From a virus: a DNA stretch of 64,000 bases. This document shows, piece after piece, positions 28,278-37,119 of this stretch (position 1 is the first letter of the stretch; each line of letters starts with the position of its first letter). The notes beneath the pieces were generated by a model. The model saw only the letters and a program-made list of their open reading frames with translations. It did no database searches and was not told where the DNA came from. Location: IMG/VR virus record IMGVR_UViG_3300028654_000009; one strand, 5' to 3'. The position numbers and the translations under genes are program-made.

Positions 28278-28529
28278 ATGCGCATCCATGCCGAGAAGAC
28301 CGCCGAACGAGAAACCTTCGCTTACACCTATTTCCTGGACAACCCCCAGGGCTCCGTCAAGGAGCTGAACGACAAGCTGTCAGCCAAGGACGGCCGTCGC
28401 CTGAATCTGGGGCGGGCGTACGCAATCAAGGCCGCTGCTGCCCAGCGCTTGGGCATTCCTCCCAAGGTGTCGACCAAGAAGGTCAAGCTGTACCCAATCG
28501 GGACCTCCCAGAGCGAGGATACTAAGTAA
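28278..28529 (+). CDS. hypothetical protein
   Basis: AAGGAG RBS; 83 aa. Confidence 0.65.
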   Translation: MRIHAEKTAERETFAYTYFLDNPQGSVKELNDKLSAKDGRRLNLGRAYAIKAAAAQRLGIPPKVSTKKVKLYPIGTSQSEDTK

Positions 28530-29272
28530 TGAGCTACCCCGGCCTCGTGCTGGCTGGCCATGCTGGGGCCGGGAAAGATACTGTCGGACATTTCATCGCT
28601 GACCGCTTTGACGGGACCTGTACCGCCTTTTCGGCACCCCTGAAAATCCTCGTAAACAACCTGTTCGGGTTTAGCTACGAGGTCCTGTATGGCGAGTCCG
28701 AGCTACGGAATCTCATTGACCCGTGGTTCGCCACACCAGACGGGCAATCTCACATCGGCAGCCTTCGAACCGGCGAAGACTATTTCCGGAAGGCGGTAGG
28801 CTTGCCACTGAAGGGTGGGCCCTTGCTTCACCAGGTCATTGAAAGCGAGATCAAGCCCTTCATTTCAAAAAAGGGGGGCCTGAGCGCTCGCAAGGCTCTG
28901 CAGGCGGTAGGTACCGAGTGGGGACGCGCCATCCAGACCAACGTGTGGGCCGACGCGGCCATGAGGGACTCAGACCTATGCCTCCATGATGGAGCCCGGC
29001 TCGTGATTCTGACGGACGGGCGCTTTGTGTCTGAGCTGGTGGCAGCAAAGGCCAGGGGATTCAAAATCTGCAAGGTCTTTCGGCCAGACTACGAAAAGGT
29101 GGCTCACCGCTCCGAAACCGAGCTAGACACCGTCCCGGATTGGTGGTTCGATTACATCATCCGCAACGACGGAGACCAGGAATCGCTACTTTTGAAGGCG
29201 TACAGCCTTGGGCTGCACCTGACCAGGTGGTACTACTCACGTGGCTCTTACGAGATGGGAGAATACCGATGA
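28529..29272 (+). CDS. deoxynucleoside monophosphate kinase
   Basis: G.AGAGKDTV, F..PLK, R..LQ..GTEWGR, TDGRF..E, H.SE. Confidence 0.9.
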   Translation: MSYPGLVLAGHAGAGKDTVGHFIADRFDGTCTAFSAPLKILVNNLFGFSYEVLYGESELRNLIDPWFATPDGQSHIGSLRTGEDYFRKAVGLPLKGGPLLHQVIESEIKPFISKKGGLSARKALQAVGTEWGRAIQTNVWADAAMRDSDLCLHDGARLVILTDGRFVSELVAAKARGFKICKVFRPDYEKVAHRSETELDTVPDWWFDYIIRNDGDQESLLLKAYSLGLHLTRWYYSRGSYEMGEYR

Positions 29273-30384
29273 AAGCATTTCCGACTCTGTACAAGCGTTC
29301 GAACACGGGGGCCATTCAACAATGGTCCATTGCCGTCGCAGGCCCGGCAATCACCGTGACCCACGGCCAGGTCGGGGGTAAGCTGCAGACGGGGATTGAT
29401 ATCATCAAGGAGGGCAAGAACCTGGGCAAGGCCAACGCCACGACCGCTGAAGAGCAGGCGGAGGCGGAGGCACTCGCCAAGTGGACCAAGCAGAAGGAGA
29501 GGAATCGCTACGTCGAAGACATTTCTCGTGCCGAAGGTGGCGAAACGGACGCGGCCGGCGGAATCCCTCCGATGCTGGCCCAGCCCGAAGAAGCCGGGAT
29601 GAAGAAAATCAAGTTCCCTGCCCATATCCAGAGGAAGTACAACGGCAATCGCTGCTTGGCGGTGATCGAAAACGGAGAGGTCTCTCTCTGGAGCCGAAAG
29701 CAAAAGCGGATTCTCGGCATGCCCCATATCGAAGCCGCCTATCGAGAGGCTTTCGCTAGGCTTGAAGGGGTCACTATTCTCGATGGCGAGCTTTACCGCC
29801 ATGGCTGGTCGCTCCAGAAGATCAGCGGTTTTTGCCGCAAGGAAGGGACCAAACCGGGCTTCAGGCAAATCAAGCACGTCGTTTACGACCTGCCATCTTC
29901 AGACGAGCCGGAACACAAGCGGAGAGCCGACCTCGCTTTTCTGTTTGCGGCAGTCGACTCCGATTGTCTGGAGCTGGCCCCTACCGAGGTCATCACGATG
30001 AGGGAAGCTGTCAAGCCCACGCACGACGCATATGTGAGCGAAGGATATGAGGGAGCCATTCTACGCAACCTCGAAGGGAAGTATGCGGCCGGCAAGAGGT
30101 CGTATGACCTTGTCAAGGTGAAAGACTTCAAGGAACTTGAGTTCCCCATCGTTGACATCTCCGAGGGCCGGGGTAAGTTCGCAGGTAAGGCGATTTTCAC
30201 CTGCCGGGCCGAGAACGGCAAGGAGTTCGATTGTTGCGCCCCAGGCACTCTCAAGGATCGGGCAGAGTTCTTCGAGCAGGGGACCGCGCTCATCGGGAAA
30301 CTGCTGACCGTGAAGTTCTTCGAGCGCACCGAAGACGGCATGCCCTCCCATGGGGTCGGACTTGTGGTAAGAGACTATGAATAA
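29269..30384 (+). CDS. ATP-dependent DNA ligase
   Basis: QRKYNGNR (KxNG), LDGELY, YD, YEGAILR, LVKVK; ATG at 29269. Confidence 0.92.
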   Translation: MKAFPTLYKRSNTGAIQQWSIAVAGPAITVTHGQVGGKLQTGIDIIKEGKNLGKANATTAEEQAEAEALAKWTKQKERNRYVEDISRAEGGETDAAGGIPPMLAQPEEAGMKKIKFPAHIQRKYNGNRCLAVIENGEVSLWSRKQKRILGMPHIEAAYREAFARLEGVTILDGELYRHGWSLQKISGFCRKEGTKPGFRQIKHVVYDLPSSDEPEHKRRADLAFLFAAVDSDCLELAPTEVITMREAVKPTHDAYVSEGYEGAILRNLEGKYAAGKRSYDLVKVKDFKELEFPIVDISEGRGKFAGKAIFTCRAENGKEFDCCAPGTLKDRAEFFEQGTALIGKLLTVKFFERTEDGMPSHGVGLVVRDYE

Positions 30385-31135
30385 GGACTCGCTGGGCGAC
30401 CGCATGAAGCGGTACGAAAATGTCACCCGAAACTACCTCGTCAGGCGCACGCCGGTCATTGTCCGGCTGGACGGGAAGGCGTTCCACACACTGACCGCCA
30501 AACATTGTGTAAAGCCTTTCGACGACCACTTCCACCATGCAATGGAGAAGACCTCCATTCGTCTTCTGGAGGAGGTCCAAGGGTGTACGTTCGTTTACAC
30601 ACAGTCCGACGAAATCAGCCTGCTGCTGTTTGACTACCAAAAGCTCGATACGCAGGCATGGTTCGACAACAACATCCAGAAAATGGTGTCCGTCTCGGCC
30701 TCCATCGCTAGCGTCACGTTTTCGACCGTATTCGGGGAGCAAGGGTTCTTCGATGCCAGGGCCTTCAACCTTCCCGAGGCTGAGGTCTGCAACTACTTCG
30801 TATGGCGACAGAACGACGCAATCAGGAACAGCATCCAGGCTGTAGGCCAGGCCCATTTCAGCCAGAAGGAGCTTCACAAGCTGAACGTGGACCAAATCAA
30901 GGCCAAGCTGCTGAGCGAGCATGGCGTAAACTGGGACTTGCACATCAAGACCAAGTTCAAGCGCGGCCTGGCGGTGTCTCGGGTGCCCAATATCGTCGAC
31001 AGCGGCGTAACCGCGAATTTTGCTCACTGGATCGCCCTAGGTTATCCGAACTACAAACCTGTAGTTGACGAAGAAATCCCCATATTCTCTCAAAATCGCG
31101 AGTTCGTGGAACGCCACCTCCCAAAAACAATCTAG
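30377..31135 (+). CDS. Thg1-like tRNA(His) guanylyltransferase / 3'-5' polymerase
   Basis: RMKRYE, RLDGKAFH, YTQSDEISL, FDAR, YFVWRQ.DA.RNS. Confidence 0.93.
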   Translation: MNKDSLGDRMKRYENVTRNYLVRRTPVIVRLDGKAFHTLTAKHCVKPFDDHFHHAMEKTSIRLLEEVQGCTFVYTQSDEISLLLFDYQKLDTQAWFDNNIQKMVSVSASIASVTFSTVFGEQGFFDARAFNLPEAEVCNYFVWRQNDAIRNSIQAVGQAHFSQKELHKLNVDQIKAKLLSEHGVNWDLHIKTKFKRGLAVSRVPNIVDSGVTANFAHWIALGYPNYKPVVDEEIPIFSQNREFVERHLPKTI

Positions 31136-31142
31136 GAGAAAC

Positions 31143-31553
31143 ATGACCCCAGCGCGCACACAATACCTGGTAGACGCAGCAGAGAAACTGGCACAGGTGT
31201 TGCCAGCTGACCAAAGAGACCGCTTCAAGATCGACTACATCAAGGTCATGTCGTCTTTAAACGAGACAGTGGACGCAAACATGGAGGAGCTTGAAATCGG
31301 TGTCACCGAACTGTTGGTTGCATTTTTCCCGGAACAACCTGGGCCAGTCAACGAGACGACGCTCAAGATCGTAAACGACGTCCGAAACATAGCCTACTTA
31401 TTCCACACCCTGATGGCCGGAGTCGATGTCGCCAGCATCCGCCAGTTGATTTACTCTTCGGTGCAAAAAGCCCTCGCTGCCAGCTACCAAGCGTGCCAGC
31501 AAAACGACGAAAACATCCGCGACCGAACGTCCCGAACAAAGGAGCTTTGCTAA
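31143..31553 (+). CDS. hypothetical protein
   Basis: AGGAG RBS, ATG at 31143. Confidence 0.6.
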   Translation: MTPARTQYLVDAAEKLAQVLPADQRDRFKIDYIKVMSSLNETVDANMEELEIGVTELLVAFFPEQPGPVNETTLKIVNDVRNIAYLFHTLMAGVDVASIRQLIYSSVQKALAASYQACQQNDENIRDRTSRTKELC

Positions 31554-31759
31554 TGACCTGCTGTATCTTGATTTTGGTAGTTGGGCTGGTTCTGGTTTAC
31601 ATCAGTCCTGACTGTCACTGGAGCGGATTTTTCGAGCCCGAGGACCCAGAGCGCGGCATCGTACCACCCGGGCCTGAGGATATCGAAGAGGCTAATTCAG
31701 TCCTGGAGGACAATAAATCGAACCATGGCGCTATCCTCGACGTCGAGGATCATTCTTAG
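31553..31759 (+). CDS. small membrane protein
   Basis: TAATG coupling; N-terminal TM segment and acidic tail. Confidence 0.5.
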   Translation: MTCCILILVVGLVLVYISPDCHWSGFFEPEDPERGIVPPGPEDIEEANSVLEDNKSNHGAILDVEDHS

Positions 31760-32612
31760 GCACCCCGTACACTTCAAGTACCTTCTGCACCATAGATTTA
31801 TTTGAAGTTGCGCCGAGGGCCAGCAGTTTAGAGATTCGTTCATGTGGGGTTGACTTCTTCAGGCCTTGGGCTCGCAGGTACCTTTCTTCATGTGCCGTCA
31901 AAGGTCGTACGTTTTTGAGAGATTCCGGAGTCATGGCAGCTGCGTAGTTACGCATGTGCCGCATTGCACTTTTGATAGCTGAGGAGGTTCGGCGAGCCAC
32001 ACCTTGCCGGTCCTCGTCATCTACATTACTAGAGTATCGATCTCGTTCAGCCGGGTTGTTTAGATGGTTCAGCATGATGGCTATCTTTTCCTCGTAGTGC
32101 TGAGGATGAAACGGGTTTTCCCCATGAGAGGTGTGTTCGTTTCGCGCAAACGTGAACCGATCAGCGTAAGTCCTATCTTGCGGAGGAATAGACAAATACA
32201 GGTCACGGGCGGCCAACGCACGCATCCGAGGTCCCCCTATCTTCTCTTGGAGCCGGTTCATCAGCATGTGGAAGTTCTCATGCTGGACAGTGGCGACTGG
32301 AGCCTTTGGCTCAGGAGCAGCTCCTCTGCTAAATCTCTCTCGCATCTGGTCGCCCAGGGCATAGCTCAAACGCCGTTGGGTGCCGGGTTCGGAAGCCATA
32401 GACATCCCGGGCTGCGGAGGCATGAACTCTTCAGCGGCCAAGCGCTGAAGGGACATCCCCTCTCTTTTATCCTTAGGTATTGTTGCAGCGGCGCCCACCA
32501 GTTTAGTGGCTACCGAGCGAGCGTTGTCGACAATAGGGGTCTCCCTCCGGTCGTCCGGGACACCCAGCTTGGGGAAGACAGGCGGTGGAGTTACTTTTGA
32601 GAGCTTAGCCAT
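31731..32612 (-). CDS. probable virion protein with HExxH motif
   Basis: TVQHENFH...YEEKIA; LKKST motif. Confidence 0.55.
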   Translation of the reverse strand: MAKLSKVTPPPVFPKLGVPDDRRETPIVDNARSVATKLVGAAATIPKDKREGMSLQRLAAEEFMPPQPGMSMASEPGTQRRLSYALGDQMRERFSRGAAPEPKAPVATVQHENFHMLMNRLQEKIGGPRMRALAARDLYLSIPPQDRTYADRFTFARNEHTSHGENPFHPQHYEEKIAIMLNHLNNPAERDRYSSNVDDEDRQGVARRTSSAIKSAMRHMRNYAAAMTPESLKNVRPLTAHEERYLRAQGLKKSTPHERISKLLALGATSNKSMVQKVLEVYGVPKNDPRRRG

Positions 32613-33831
32613 TTTGCTTACCAAACTTAGCCCTTACGGCCTTGAGCCAGTTGACGCCTGAGTGGGCAGAATTGACTCTTTGATCGATCCCACTGCCCGG
32701 CACCACATTGCCGCGTTTATCGAACTTAGCTCCTCTATCAAACCTGTCAGCAAACGCTTTTGACGCTTCTTTGATAGAGTCCCCAGGGACCTCTCTGTCC
32801 TCTCCTTGATTAGCGTGAGGTCTTTTGTCTTTGACTGCTCCCCACGAAGCTTCATTGTTCACCCATTCCTTAGGCGGTTCCTGTTTGTGCGGCAATACAA
32901 CCGAGGTTCTAACCTGGGAACGGAATTTTGCCGGCCGAACACCTGCGCGCCTGTCGATCCTATTCTCTAAATGGTTGGCAACGTTCTCCTGTCTTTGTGT
33001 TTCGCGATGCTCGAAGTCCGGATTGGATCGGCTATTGTGTTTGGTCGGCCGTGCATGATCGGTAAGATATTGTTGATGTTGCTCCACAGTCTTATCACTA
33101 GGAGTCGTCATGGCATGTGCTGTTTCGTGGGCGACATCGAAATCGTTACTGTAAGGCAATTTGTTGCCACTAGCGCGAGGGAACCCCTTGGAAGCAGAAA
33201 AAGATTTACCGGCAGAGCGCACCGGTTGCAGGCCGATTGAACGAGCATACTGAACTCTTCTTCGATCGGCATCAACCGGCGTGATGTTCGAGGTCTGTTC
33301 CCGCACGTTCTTGGACTTCTCTAGGTCTTCTTCGGCCTTCTCCACTTTCTCGTGTTCTTTCAGCTTGGTCTTGAGGTTCTCCAGACCTTCCATGAACATC
33401 GCAATGCGGTCGTCCTCGGGGGACTTCTCTTCTTCGTCTTCTTTGGTATGGAACAAAGAGTCCGAAGGGTGAGCTTTGAAGTCATACACCTTCGGTCCCG
33501 AGGTCTTGATGCGATCGACGATGTCCTGGTGGGGCTTATCGAAGGGGTCGAATCCCAGATGCTTGGCTGCAGCTGCGTACGCTTCACCGTGTTGCTTGGC
33601 CGCATCGTTTTCGCCGGCAGCATGAGCAGCGCGGATGCCCTGCAGGTGGTGAGCGGCGACATCGAGAGCGCGGTCCTTGAGGTAATGTTCGTGGGCCTTG
33701 GCTTCCGCAAGGTCTTTGGGCATCTTGTGCCTGAGTTCGAGAATGGCAGCGTGCGCTTCCAGCTCGGGCTCGTGGTCTTTGCTGTGGATTGGATACTTGT
33801 CCAACCAGGCGTGGTGCGATTCTTTAGCCAT
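32605..33831 (-). CDS. probable virion protein with HExxH motif
   Basis: TAATG-coupled ATG at 33831; VEKAEEDLEKS motifs, then VAHETAH...E. Confidence 0.6.
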   Translation of the reverse strand: MAKESHHAWLDKYPIHSKDHEPELEAHAAILELRHKMPKDLAEAKAHEHYLKDRALDVAAHHLQGIRAAHAAGENDAAKQHGEAYAAAAKHLGFDPFDKPHQDIVDRIKTSGPKVYDFKAHPSDSLFHTKEDEEEKSPEDDRIAMFMEGLENLKTKLKEHEKVEKAEEDLEKSKNVREQTSNITPVDADRRRVQYARSIGLQPVRSAGKSFSASKGFPRASGNKLPYSNDFDVAHETAHAMTTPSDKTVEQHQQYLTDHARPTKHNSRSNPDFEHRETQRQENVANHLENRIDRRAGVRPAKFRSQVRTSVVLPHKQEPPKEWVNNEASWGAVKDKRPHANQGEDREVPGDSIKEASKAFADRFDRGAKFDKRGNVVPGSGIDQRVNSAHSGVNWLKAVRAKFGKQNG

Positions 33832-34580
33832 TAGGAAGCCTTCCCCACATTCTTGAGCAGGACATAGACATCCTCCGGCGACCACTGCAATTCCAGAGCG
33901 AACCCTCCGTCGACCTTCGTCGCCTTCACTAATTTGGACAGGTCGGCCAGGCACGCGCACCCCGTAAACTCTGACTTCTGCACCTGGGACTTCCCACAGG
34001 TGGGACAGGCCTTCGATGCTTCCTTCTCTGAAAGCTTCAGCTTGGTCTTTTCAGGAGCTGCTGGTGGTTTCACGCTTGGGAGCTTGGGCGTCTTGGCTGC
34101 TGGCTTTGCGCTGGCCCCCGGGCCTGCCTTAGGCGCAATATTAGTAGCCGGCGTAGCGGCTGTCGCCGGGATCGCTCCAGCCGACACACCGGTCCCTGCC
34201 GCGCCGGCTTTCGTCTGGGCCTTCACTAGGGCAGCGAGCGTAAGCCCCAGCTTGTGAAGGGGCCCTGCCCCACCGGCAAGAGAAATAGCGGGCCCCTGAA
34301 GAGCCTTGCAAATGACGGCGACCGAATGTGCTTCGTCAGCGTTTGAAAACACGTAATCGACTTCATTGATATTGGCCACACCGCTGAAGCCTTCTTCCGA
34401 CTTTGAAATCACGAACTGCGTACAAGAATACTCCTGGCCCTGTCGCAAGGTCCGCAGAAACGAGGACGCGCTCTTTGCCAGAACAAAACCACCCACCTCG
34501 GACTCGGACTTTAGCAAAGGCTCAATGGCCTTCAGGCCTGAAGGGCCGAGAATTTCTAGCAAAAAGGTGCGCATGTTCAT
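33831..34580 (-). CDS. probable head-associated protein (Zn ribbon, many K|S/A motifs)
   Basis: LLKSE, LAKSA, ISKSE, LVKAQ, VQKSE; CPTC..CAC; late motif upstream. Confidence 0.6.
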   Translation of the reverse strand: MNMRTFLLEILGPSGLKAIEPLLKSESEVGGFVLAKSASSFLRTLRQGQEYSCTQFVISKSEEGFSGVANINEVDYVFSNADEAHSVAVICKALQGPAISLAGGAGPLHKLGLTLAALVKAQTKAGAAGTGVSAGAIPATAATPATNIAPKAGPGASAKPAAKTPKLPSVKPPAAPEKTKLKLSEKEASKACPTCGKSQVQKSEFTGCACLADLSKLVKATKVDGGFALELQWSPEDVYVLLKNVGKAS

Positions 34581-34588
34581 AAAGATTG

Positions 34589-35449
34589 TTACCTTGGCCC
34601 AAATCCATCTTCTGCTGGTTGAGGTGCCGACCGCTTTTCGTCATTCTGGGTATTCAAGAACACGTACTCTCTCAAAACTCGAATGGCCTGTGGCATGCGC
34701 ACCGTCTTCCGCTCGCCCGTGAACGGGTCTTCCCACTGTGCCATCCTGATCTCGTGTTGCATCGAATCCACATACCAATACGGCCTGTACGTAAACCGAA
34801 TTCCGTACACCGAACCCTTCCCCGTTGTGGGGTCAACCATCGGACGCCGGGTCCCGCACCAATGCACGACTCCGTTGCGAACGTCGAAATCTGCGGCTTC
34901 GTTGTACCTGTTCCCGCGCGAGTCGACCAGGTCCAACACCTTGATGGCAGGGAACTGCAATCGGTCTTCGCCGGTCTGGTTCGCGTTGACCAGCTGCTGG
35001 TGCGTCACACACACAGACTCCTCTTTCAGAAAGAGGCGGTCCATCGGATTGAGATAAATCGGTTCCTGGGTCCCGTCATAGTGCCTCGGGAAAGTGATTT
35101 GGGCAGAAGCGTCGTTCATCTGTCCGTCTTCTGCGGACTTCTTGGACTTCGAATTGCCCGTAAAACATCCCGTAATCGCCCCCGCGCAGGTGTAGAGCAA
35201 GCCGTTCGACGAATCGGAGTTGTCGTCTTCGGGCCGACGCGAATCGAACTTGTCTACCAGCCCAACGGGGTTGGGCATGCCACGGTAATGCATAAATGTG
35301 AGACCGTGAGCCCTCAATGCCTCATCGAAGGCATCCAGGTCCCAAGCGATGGAAGAGTTGTCGAGGATATCGAAGGACTTTATCTCGCCACCCTGTAGGT
35401 TGCCCGAGGTGCCCGAGGGCTGTAAATTGCCGCCCTTCTTACCGGCCAC
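34589..35449 (-). CDS. neck/head-closure protein
   Basis: Position in the virion operon; Y.IRF..RPYWYV....HEIR pattern. Confidence 0.55.
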   Translation of the reverse strand: MAGKKGGNLQPSGTSGNLQGGEIKSFDILDNSSIAWDLDAFDEALRAHGLTFMHYRGMPNPVGLVDKFDSRRPEDDNSDSSNGLLYTCAGAITGCFTGNSKSKKSAEDGQMNDASAQITFPRHYDGTQEPIYLNPMDRLFLKEESVCVTHQQLVNANQTGEDRLQFPAIKVLDLVDSRGNRYNEAADFDVRNGVVHWCGTRRPMVDPTTGKGSVYGIRFTYRPYWYVDSMQHEIRMAQWEDPFTGERKTVRMPQAIRVLREYVFLNTQNDEKRSAPQPAEDGFGPR

Positions 35450-35750
35450 GTTGGGCCTCCTGGATTTGGCGGGTCAGCTCTTGATACTCGGGCAACAGGT
35501 CCTGGAAAAACTTCGGGTCGAACGATTCCGATTTTTGCACGTCAAAAACGATGTCTGGGTCAGCCTGCTCGGCCATGTACCGGCTCATCCCCGAGTGCGA
35601 GCTGGCGGCCAGGGTCTCGAAACCCGAAGACTTCGCCACCACCACCAGGTGGAGGCCTCCCTGCAGGGCAATCGCAATTACGGGGCGGCCCGAGGTCGTA
35701 TGTCCAATTTGCTTACGAGAAGAAATCTGATTCTGCGGGATTCTCACCAT
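35439..35750 (-). CDS. hypothetical virion-module protein
   Basis: Late motif upstream; VAKSS, VQKSE. Confidence 0.55.
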   Translation of the reverse strand: MVRIPQNQISSRKQIGHTTSGRPVIAIALQGGLHLVVVAKSSGFETLAASSHSGMSRYMAEQADPDIVFDVQKSESFDPKFFQDLLPEYQELTRQIQEAQRGR

Positions 35751-35865
35751 GGAAGATTAACACTTGACAGGGTTTGATAGTCTGGTATCGTTTCTTTACT
35801 CCTTCGGAGGTGAACGGCGACAGCGCGCTACTTCTGTACAGTGCGTCAGCGTCAAAAGAATCTTG

Positions 35866-35904
35866 AAAATAGTTTTTGACAACTCTCAAAAGAGGCCCTA
35901 TTGT
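35866..35904 (+). promoter_or_regulatory. sigma70-type early promoter (repeat family)
   Basis: AAAATAGTTTTTGACAACTCTCAAAA...TATTGT; near-identical copies at ~37076 and ~38421. Confidence 0.85.
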
Positions 35905-35911
35905 TATTTTC

Positions 35912-36583
35912 ATGACGAAGACAAACAAGACCATCGGGACCTGCCAAGAGTGCTTCCGGGCTTACTGCCTCAACGGTGCGCTGCTCGTCAACCACGGCTT
36001 CAAGCGCCCTGGCGACGGCTACCTTTTGGGCCGCTGCGGTGGAGTGGACCAGGAGGCCTTCGAGCTGAGCTGCGAGCACACCAAGAAGATTGCCCAGCAC
36101 GTCAAGGACGTCGAGCTTCCTCGACTCCATGCAAAGCAGCTGACCATCCAGGAGGCCACCAGCTTCACGGTCGAGGCCAAGAAGTGGACCGGCAAGGGCA
36201 AGACCGGCTACGAGCCTATTACTGTGGTCCTGACCGTCGAGAACAAGTACGACCGCGCCACGGGCAAGGACTTCGACAGCCACAAGCGGTCCGCGCTGTT
36301 TCAGATCGAGCAACAGATCGCCTGCACCAAGAGCTACCTCAAGGACCTGGAGAAGTCCATCGCAGGCTGGGTTTACTCTCCTGAGAAGATCAAGGTCGAG
36401 AAGAAGGTTGTGAAGGCCCCTACTCTCCACGAGCGCCGCAAGCAGGGGTATGGGGCCCTCTGCCTCTCTCAGCGCAAGGGCCTCTGCTACGCGGCCCCTG
36501 GCGTGCAGCCGACCTGCCCGAAGTGCCTGCAGCTCAAGGCCAAATGGGCCCTGATCGCGGCGCAGCTGGGCACCGAAAAATAA
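35912..36583 (+). CDS. hypothetical early protein with Zn-binding motifs
   Basis: GTCQEC...HG...C.G and C...CPKC; ATG 7 nt after the -10 box. Confidence 0.75.
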   Translation: MTKTNKTIGTCQECFRAYCLNGALLVNHGFKRPGDGYLLGRCGGVDQEAFELSCEHTKKIAQHVKDVELPRLHAKQLTIQEATSFTVEAKKWTGKGKTGYEPITVVLTVENKYDRATGKDFDSHKRSALFQIEQQIACTKSYLKDLEKSIAGWVYSPEKIKVEKKVVKAPTLHERRKQGYGALCLSQRKGLCYAAPGVQPTCPKCLQLKAKWALIAAQLGTEK

Positions 36584-36589
36584 ACTATC

Positions 36590-36667
36590 AAAAGTTCTTG
36601 ACGGTATCGGGGACTCTGGTAGAGTAATTCTTGTCCCGAACGAAACCCCTCTTCCAAGGAGCCCACC
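36590..36667 (+). repeat. promoter + leader cassette (copy of 7408..7483)
   Basis: TTGACG-16-TAGAGT and shared leader sequence. Confidence 0.85.
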
Positions 36668-36838
36668 ATGAAGCCCGGACAGAAATTCGACTACTACGGA
36701 CAAATCGTCGAAATCGCCTCCGCCCCCCGCTGGGTGACCGGCGGCCAGGTCGTCGATGTCAAGTGGACACGCGACGGGAACGCATACTCGGGTACCGTCT
36801 GCGCCCGGGAGCTGCGGGCTATCAAGGAGGCGCTCTAG
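36668..36838 (+). CDS. hypothetical early protein (56 aa)
   Basis: AAGGAG RBS; MKPGQKFDYYG...; below the ORF-track cutoff. Confidence 0.65.
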   Translation: MKPGQKFDYYGQIVEIASAPRWVTGGQVVDVKWTRDGNAYSGTVCARELRAIKEAL

Positions 36839-36841
36839 GCC

Positions 36842-37066
36842 ATGACCCAGAAGGAAATGCACTCGGCGCTTTGGGTGGCCCCAATCGGGTCTTACATCGT
36901 CGCCGAATGTGTCATAGGCGCGGCTCACGTCACCATGACTTTCGAGGGCTTCAAACAGAGCTACAAGGACGGAGTCCTGGAGCTTTACGACAGCCGGGCA
37001 AAAGCGAATTATCGGCTGAAACTCGAACATTTGCACGCTCTTCTGGTGGACGATTTCGTAGCTTGA
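36842..37066 (+). CDS. hypothetical early protein
   Basis: AAGGAGG upstream; 74 aa. Confidence 0.6.
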   Translation: MTQKEMHSALWVAPIGSYIVAECVIGAAHVTMTFEGFKQSYKDGVLELYDSRAKANYRLKLEHLHALLVDDFVA

Positions 37067-37072
37067 AGAATC

Positions 37073-37113
37073 TCAAAAATAGTTTTTGACAACTCTCAAA
37101 ATCGGAGTATCTT
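37073..37113 (+). promoter_or_regulatory. sigma70-type early promoter (repeat family)
   Basis: TTGACA-actctcaaaatcggag-TATCTT; ATG 6 nt later. Confidence 0.85.
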
Positions 37114-37119
37114 GAAGTC

